Positions 58,546 through 64,000 of a DNA stretch of 64,000 bases are shown here, piece after piece. The translations under genes and the position numbers were made by a program. Each line of letters begins with the position of its first letter. Within the stretch, counting starts at the first letter, position 1. Source of the stretch: Deltaproteobacteria bacterium (GTDB taxonomy: Bacteria > Desulfobacterota_D > UBA1144 > Nemesobacterales > CSP1-2); assembly GCA_052390235.1 (NCBI GenBank), contig JBQTHB010000003.1, forward strand, positions 256,001-320,000, given 5' to 3'. The notes below the pieces were generated by a model that saw nothing but the letters and a program-made list of their open reading frames with translations, was not told the DNA's origin and made no database searches.

Positions 58546-60444
58546 ATGACATTGAAGCGCGGGGAGACTCCGACGGGATTAGGACAAAAAATCTCGGACT
58601 TTTTTGAGAATTCTCAGGATTCTTGGGCGGTGATTGCTCAAGCATGGCTCGCCGCTCTAGCCGCCGCGCTTACGTGCCTCGCGCTGGCTAATCTGATTTT
58701 CCCTGACCTTTTTCCGAGATATGAGAAAGCAATTGTCATCTTCGAGTGGGTTGCTTTCTCCTCATTTGCCGTGGAGTACGCAGTGAGGTTTCTCGCGTCT
58801 TGGAAGCAGGCGGGCTACATACGGCGCTTCTCCTCGGTTGCCGATGCGCTGTCGTTTTTCCCATCGCTTGTTTTATTAACAATGGGATATTCAGCCGCCG
58901 CGCTGACACTGGGGTTCGTCCGCCTATTTTGGCTTGTTAGAACCCTCAAGCTGTTCGAGAATTTGAGAACCCGGATTAGAACCAAAATATTTATCGCCTT
59001 CGCCGGCTCGACCCTTATCATCCTGGCGCCGACACTCATATTTATATATTCCTATTTCACGAAAATCAAAGAAAATGACATCCGCCATACAATGATAGGA
59101 ATAGTTGTTTCGCTTTCAAAGGTTTTCACGGCGGAGGATTTTCTGGAAATTCAATCTGAGACCGACGCCGCCTATCTAAAACTCCAAGAAACACTTCAGC
59201 TCGTCAGAGATGAACTCCGGCAATCCGGCATCCCCGTACGCTATGTCTATACCATGCGCAAGGACGCCTCAAACCCTGCCAAGCTCATCTATATCGTGGA
59301 CGCTGAGCAAGACCCTAGAAAACACTCCCCGCTAGGCTCCATCTGGGACAGTGTGGCGAACGACTCCCCTTGGTCAACCAATTTTTCCAAAGCCCAGGTC
59401 GCCCCGACCTTTGATTTTGATGACGACGGCAAGACGCTTATCCTCTCGGCTTGGGGGCCGCTTCCCTATAACCGCGAGGCATGGGAGGAAAGCCCTGTGA
59501 TAATTGTGGTAGATCTGCTTGCCCAAGACGTTCAGGAGCAAAAACGCACGATAGGAGCGCTAGTGCTGGTTCTTCTCGGTTCGGCTACTCTGATCGTATC
59601 GGTTATTTCGGTTCTAATCTCAATCTATTTCAACCGCCCGATAGTAGAGTTGACAAAAGGGATAGAGGCATTCGAGAAATGCGATTTCGGATACAGGGTA
59701 AAGGTGCTGAGCGGAGACGAGCTAGGCAGGCTCGGAGAGATGTTCAATAGCCGCCTGTTTCTCATGATGCGCGATTTCTTTCAATTCATGTACGCCCCCG
59801 TGGCGCAAATGCTGATGGGTGCGCAGAGGCAGTCGCTCCTTGAAGGGAAATACGAGCATGTGTCGGTTTTATATACGGATTTCAAGGGTTTTACCTCAAA
59901 ATCCTCGCTCTATTCGCCCCGTCAGGTGGTCGAGTTCCTAAACACTGCGTTCGCTATTCTCGAAGGAGCGGTTTCGGATTATGAAGGGGTAATTGATAAG
60001 CACATTGGCGACGCTCTGATGGTTTATTTCATCCCACTGGAGGGCGAGAGCAACACGGCTCGGCGCGCCGTGGAGTGCGCAATGACGATGCAGGAGCGCT
60101 ATGAGGGGCTATATAAAGGCCGAATCTCCTCAGGGGAGCTTGTCTGCGAGCTGAGAGTAGGCGTAAATTCCGGGGACGCCATCTTGGGAGCGCTCGGCTC
60201 GCTTAAGCTGGAGGTAACAGTTATTGGGAATACAGTCAATATGGCAAATCGAATGGAGTCAGCCGCTCCCATTGGCGGTGTTGGGCTTTCGGTTGCAACG
60301 TTCACTCAATCTCTCCTCTCGCATTGGATAGGCGAGAGGGCGGGCTGGAGTGTCAAGGAAACGAAGCAGGAAGTCAAACACATCAGCTCGATTCAGGTCT
60401 ATTGGCTCACAAACGAGCATAGCGCCCAAAAACAGTTGAGCTAG
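58546..60444 (+). CDS. Membrane class III adenylate cyclase with N-terminal ion-transport (S1-S4-like) domain, extracytoplasmic sensor and HAMP
   Basis: F.VEY.VR, D.L, RLFWLVRTLK (S4-like); GDELGRL..MFN (HAMP); TDFKGFT, DKHIGDA, TVIGNTVN.ANR.ES. Confidence 0.85.
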   Translation: MTLKRGETPTGLGQKISDFFENSQDSWAVIAQAWLAALAAALTCLALANLIFPDLFPRYEKAIVIFEWVAFSSFAVEYAVRFLASWKQAGYIRRFSSVADALSFFPSLVLLTMGYSAAALTLGFVRLFWLVRTLKLFENLRTRIRTKIFIAFAGSTLIILAPTLIFIYSYFTKIKENDIRHTMIGIVVSLSKVFTAEDFLEIQSETDAAYLKLQETLQLVRDELRQSGIPVRYVYTMRKDASNPAKLIYIVDAEQDPRKHSPLGSIWDSVANDSPWSTNFSKAQVAPTFDFDDDGKTLILSAWGPLPYNREAWEESPVIIVVDLLAQDVQEQKRTIGALVLVLLGSATLIVSVISVLISIYFNRPIVELTKGIEAFEKCDFGYRVKVLSGDELGRLGEMFNSRLFLMMRDFFQFMYAPVAQMLMGAQRQSLLEGKYEHVSVLYTDFKGFTSKSSLYSPRQVVEFLNTAFAILEGAVSDYEGVIDKHIGDALMVYFIPLEGESNTARRAVECAMTMQERYEGLYKGRISSGELVCELRVGVNSGDAILGALGSLKLEVTVIGNTVNMANRMESAAPIGGVGLSVATFTQSLLSHWIGERAGWSVKETKQEVKHISSIQVYWLTNEHSAQKQLS

Positions 60445-60459
60445 CCGGGACTCCGCGCT

Positions 60460-60715
60460 GACCCCATGCGAGATGAAGGATTTCGTCATTTCCACAGTCT
60501 CTCGGTTAGATTCCTCTCTTTGTTCGCAATGACCGTGAACCATTTGGAATGAAGGCTTTGCCCACTATGAAGAGAAATGGATTCCCGCTCGGAAGATTAG
60601 CGGGAATGACACTCGCCCACATCGTTTCTCTCATCCGCCTCCTGTCTTATTTCGACACTCATGCTGTCATCTTGGCACCCGCGATGTCATTTCGAGTGTA
60701 GCGAGAAATCCCGCT
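60460..60715. repeat. Cluster of REP/dRS3-like repeats
   Basis: GGATTCCCGCTCGGAAGATTAGCGGGAATGAC and GTCATTTCGAGTG..GAGAAATCCCG. Confidence 0.75.
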
Positions 60716-60761
60716 TTTTTAATCTCAGCTCGCTTGCAACGGCTCTGAAGGTATTTTTCGA

Positions 60762-61097
60762 CTAGCCCTTAGGGGGCTGGCACTCGTTGCAGGGACAGAG
60801 CCGCCTTAGCAACTCGAACGAATATATCCCGGTTGAGTGTCCGTCGCTCCATACGAACTTAAGGGCGTAGCGTCCTACGCGCTCCATGTCGAGAGGCTTT
60901 ATCCCATCGGATGAGGTTTGAATCGGAATCATGCGCCTGAGTCCGAGCTTCGGCAGAGGTTTCTCCCTGGCGTCGGCGCAAACGGCGCAGGGGCAGGCGC
61001 GCCTTAAATCCTCATAAATGTACAGGCTCTCGTGCCCGTCCTCCCAGAGAATCATTAAAGCCAAATCGCTGAATTCGCTAATCTCCAGTGGTTTCAT
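60762..61097 (-). CDS. DUF971 / GBBH-like N-terminal domain protein
   Basis: W.DGH.S, LR.ACPCA.C, VG.YA..F.WSDGHSTGIY. Confidence 0.9.
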   Translation of the reverse strand: MKPLEISEFSDLALMILWEDGHESLYIYEDLRRACPCAVCADAREKPLPKLGLRRMIPIQTSSDGIKPLDMERVGRYALKFVWSDGHSTGIYSFELLRRLCPCNECQPPKG

Positions 61098-61255
61098 AAG
61101 CGCCGCCTAATTGAGCCTATATCCACGCCGCCGAAGAGCTTTGAGCCGCTCCCCGGCGCATGGGACGAGACGAGATTGAACACAAATCTCTACATTATCG
61201 GATGACGAAATATCCATGCGGCGGAATTGTGGTATAAACTCTGGATTCCGCAGGG

Positions 61256-61801
61256 CTACATCACGAACACTAGAGCCGCAACCACGGTTGACCACAGCCC
61301 AGTCTTATCGCCCACGGCTGACTGGGTAACGTTTCTCGTTTCGACGGCGTGTCCGCTGATTTCCCAGATATTTTTCTGCTCGTCGTAGCTTTTATCGGGG
61401 TCAAAGGGCGCGCCGATGATTGTGGCGAGCATATAGGCGGCGAGGTCTTCGGCATAATCTCCGGCGACGCTGTCGGTCTGCCCGTAGCTGTGATGTTCGG
61501 AGAGATAGCCGTGTTGTTCGGTCTTTTTCGGGATTGCGATGCCGACGGAAGCGGCGATGAGCCGGTGCGGCTCCTGGGTTGCGTTCTCGCTCATCACGAC
61601 AAAGACTATCTGCCCCGGACTGAGGCGTTTAAGCCCTGTGGCGGGGGATATTAACTTGCATCCGGGGGGGAAAATGCTGGATACCCTAACCAAATTGTAC
61701 TCGGCTATCTTCGCGTCCCGAAGAGCCATTTCAAAACTCGTGAGCTTCTCTTTGTGCTTCCCAACTCCTTTTGTTAGAAACGCCTGTTTAGGTACGAACA
61801 A
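61256..61801 (-). CDS. Pyruvoyl-dependent arginine decarboxylase
   Basis: SFE.ALRDA.I..YNLVRVSSI.PP self-cleavage site; GYLSEH. Confidence 0.92.
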   Translation of the reverse strand: MFVPKQAFLTKGVGKHKEKLTSFEMALRDAKIAEYNLVRVSSIFPPGCKLISPATGLKRLSPGQIVFVVMSENATQEPHRLIAASVGIAIPKKTEQHGYLSEHHSYGQTDSVAGDYAEDLAAYMLATIIGAPFDPDKSYDEQKNIWEISGHAVETRNVTQSAVGDKTGLWSTVVAALVFVM

Positions 61802-61988
61802 TTTTCCCTCCTGCGTAGAATTTTCAAATTTTTATACGAAATATCGGGCTTTGTCAACATTAGGGGGAGGGAGATAGAGCGCCGAGGCGAGAGAATGCGA
61901 GGCGCGCCCGGCGGGGCTTGATGCCGAGGGTTTAGGCAATTAAAATTACCGCGCCCAATAAATTTCCCCATTTCAAGGAGGCAGCGCA

Positions 61989-62858
61989 ATGACTCAAGCC
62001 CAGAACCTGCACAAAATTCTCTCTCTGCCCGGAATTTTGACTCTCCCCGGGGTCTATGATTGCATCGGGGCGAAGCTCGCCGAACGGGCAGGTTTTCCGG
62101 CGGCGTTCACAAGCGGATTCGGCATATCAGCCTCAACCCTTGGGTATCCCGATTACGGACTCATGACGGCAACCGAGATGCTCTGGAGCGTCGAGAGAAT
62201 CGCGCGCTCGGTAAATATCCCAATCGTAGCCGATATTGACACGGGGTACGGCAACGCCCTCAACGTCATCAGAACTGTCGAAGACGTAATCAAAGCGGGA
62301 GTCGCGGGGATTATCCTCGAAGACCAGGAATGGCCCAAAAAATGCGGACATTTCGAGGGGAAAAGGGTCATTCCAGCGCAGGAGCATACGGAGAAAATCA
62401 GAGCCGCAAGGCACGCCGGAGGGGACTCTGGGCTTGTGATTATCGCAAGAACGGACGCGCTCGCCGTTTTGGGACTCGCCGAAGCTATCGAACGCGGGAG
62501 GGCGTACTTTGAAGCGGGGGCGGATGTGATTTTCGTTGAAGCCCCGCGCTCCGTGGATGAGCTGCAAATAATTGCCTCAGAGCTTCGGGGAGCGCCCCTT
62601 TTTGCCAACATGGTCGAGGGGGGCAAGACTCCAGTTCTCACGGCGGCGGAGCTTGAGGGGCTTGGGTATAAAATCGCGGTGTTTCCACTCTCAGGTCTGT
62701 TTTCGGCGACATTGGCGATGGAGGAGTGCCTGGGGCATCTGCGGGAGCGCGGCACAACGGCCGGATTTGGGAGGATGCGCTCGTTCGGCGAGTTCGAGGA
62801 GATAATACAAACGCCGAGGCACAGGGAGCTTGAGAAGAAATTCTCGCCTACCGGATAG
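61989..62858 (+). CDS. Isocitrate lyase/PEP mutase family enzyme (PrpB/CPEP-mutase-like)
   Basis: DIDTGYG, EDQ..PKKCGH, ARTDA, NMVEGGKTP. Confidence 0.9.
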   Translation: MTQAQNLHKILSLPGILTLPGVYDCIGAKLAERAGFPAAFTSGFGISASTLGYPDYGLMTATEMLWSVERIARSVNIPIVADIDTGYGNALNVIRTVEDVIKAGVAGIILEDQEWPKKCGHFEGKRVIPAQEHTEKIRAARHAGGDSGLVIIARTDALAVLGLAEAIERGRAYFEAGADVIFVEAPRSVDELQIIASELRGAPLFANMVEGGKTPVLTAAELEGLGYKIAVFPLSGLFSATLAMEECLGHLRERGTTAGFGRMRSFGEFEEIIQTPRHRELEKKFSPTG

Positions 62859-62998
62859 CCGCCAATTAAGCAAACGATTTTTGTGAGGGGCTGGGGCATT
62901 ACAGCCGCACTAAACGGAGAATGCGTAATTCCCCGAGCCTGAGGCAGGGAATTTATCTGATGGATAAGTGTGGCGTTAGGATGAGTCCTAGCCGCTAA

Positions 62999-63352
62999 TC
63001 ACTGCTTTTCAATGTCAATCACGGTCAGATTTACGTCCGTTTCTCGGATTTTAAACTTTACCTTGTCCCCTTCTTTCAAATTTGTGAGTTGCTCGGGTTT
63101 TTCCACGTCGTAGCTCATGACCATCGCCTCCATGAACCCCGCGATCTCGTCCTCGTCAATGACGATTCTACTGCCTTTGACGGATTTTACGACTCCCGTA
63201 GCGTCGTGGAATTTCTCAGAAGCGCCGCCGTGAACGACAGGGTTCGGGTGCGCGCCCGCGTGTTTCATCTCGTGGATTTGTTTATATGTCGAGTAGGATA
63301 GCCCAAGCGAGGCAATCGCTATCACGAGCGCGAGAGCCGATATTATCTTCAT
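62999..63352 (-). CDS. CusF-like copper-binding OB-fold protein
   Basis: N-terminal TM/signal segment; I.GFM.AM.M.Y...L..LK.GDKV.F. Confidence 0.75.
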   Translation of the reverse strand: MKIISALALVIAIASLGLSYSTYKQIHEMKHAGAHPNPVVHGGASEKFHDATGVVKSVKGSRIVIDEDEIAGFMEAMVMSYDVEKPEQLTNLKEGDKVKFKIRETDVNLTVIDIEKQ

Positions 63353-63373
63353 ATTGGTTAATCCCTCCGTTAG

Positions 63374-64000
63374 CTAGATTATAGCCGAATCTCTGAGCTT
63401 TTTAAGTGTCTCCACGTCCGCCGCCGCCCCTTCGATGGGGGTTTCGGCTATGAGGTCAATATGCCGAATCCTAGGGTTATTGACGAGGGCGGCAAACCCG
63501 CCGATGCCGATTTTTCCATATCCTATGTGTTCATGGCGGTCTTTCCTCTCGCCGAGAGAGGCTTTGGAATCGTTGCCGTGTATGAGTTTTAGCCTATCAA
63601 TTCCGATAATCGCGCAGAATTCGTCGAGAAGGGCGTCGAGCCCGCCGGGAGTGCGAATATCGTATCCGAAGCCGAATAGATGCGCCGTATCGAGGCAGAC
63701 GCCTACGTCGGGATTTCCGGCGAGCGCGAGGATTTCAGCCAATTCCTCGAGCGAACTGCCTAAGATTGCGCCCTGCCCTGCTGAGTTTTCGAGCAGAAGC
63801 CGCGTTGTATAATCAGAGTCAAGCGCCCTTTTAAGAGCCTGTGCCGCCCGCGTTACTGCCTCAGGTTTAGTAGCCCCCTTAGCGCTCCCGATGTGGGTTA
63901 CGACGTATTTTGCTTGGATGAGGCTTGCCCGCCTAAGCTCTTCGACGAGCATGGAGACGGAGTTTCGGCTGACGCGCTCGTCCGCTGAGGCGAGGTTTAT
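63374..64000 (-). CDS. nfo: Endonuclease IV (5' truncated by the window edge)
   Basis: H.GS, LLENSAGQG, CLDTAH, H.NDSK...DRH..IG.G.IG, ETP. Confidence 0.93.
   Translation of the reverse strand: MNLASADERVSRNSVSMLVEELRRASLIQAKYVVTHIGSAKGATKPEAVTRAAQALKRALDSDYTTRLLLENSAGQGAILGSSLEELAEILALAGNPDVGVCLDTAHLFGFGYDIRTPGGLDALLDEFCAIIGIDRLKLIHGNDSKASLGERKDRHEHIGYGKIGIGGFAALVNNPRIRHIDLIAETPIEGAAADVETLKKLRDSAII

Overview
Chromosomal window from a diderm bacterium; the lineage is not determinable here, but an outer-membrane beta-barrel, sigma-54 promoters and PtsP point to a Gram-negative, possibly deltaproteobacteria-like host. The left 28 kb is a co-oriented (minus strand) candidate trace-gas chemosynthesis region. 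It carries a group 1h [NiFe]-hydrogenase cluster (hhySL, hhyE, accessory genes, protease, hypA/F/C/D, plus YceI and an OM beta-barrel) and a MEDS-HxlR regulator. It also carries a Calvin-cycle operon (transaldolase, form IE-type cbbL, cbbS, cbbX, prk, Zn-ribbon ORF, transketolase) with no CbbR in the window. That operon has an exact sigma-54 promoter and lies next to a Rossmann-domain sigma-54 activator and a degenerate Fe-S PD-(D/E)XK protein. At 33-37 kb there is a ferrosome (fez)-like operon: a P1B-6-like ATPase with small GxxxG membrane proteins, one of which the ORF track missed. Four promoters in the window share 11-bp-periodic TT(A/C)A(C/T) repeats, suggesting an OmpR/PhoB-type regulon. 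Other features are a sigma-54 promoter plus c-di-GMP-I riboswitch before a secreted subtilase, a stand-alone GatE-type GAD domain, an AccA-AccD fusion, a voltage-sensor-like/HAMP adenylate cyclase, housekeeping genes (cdsA, dnaB, yajQ, ptsP, nfo) and clusters of dRS3/REP-like palindromic repeats. I saw no rRNA, tRNA, CRISPR array or transposase. All family calls come from motif recognition, not database searches.
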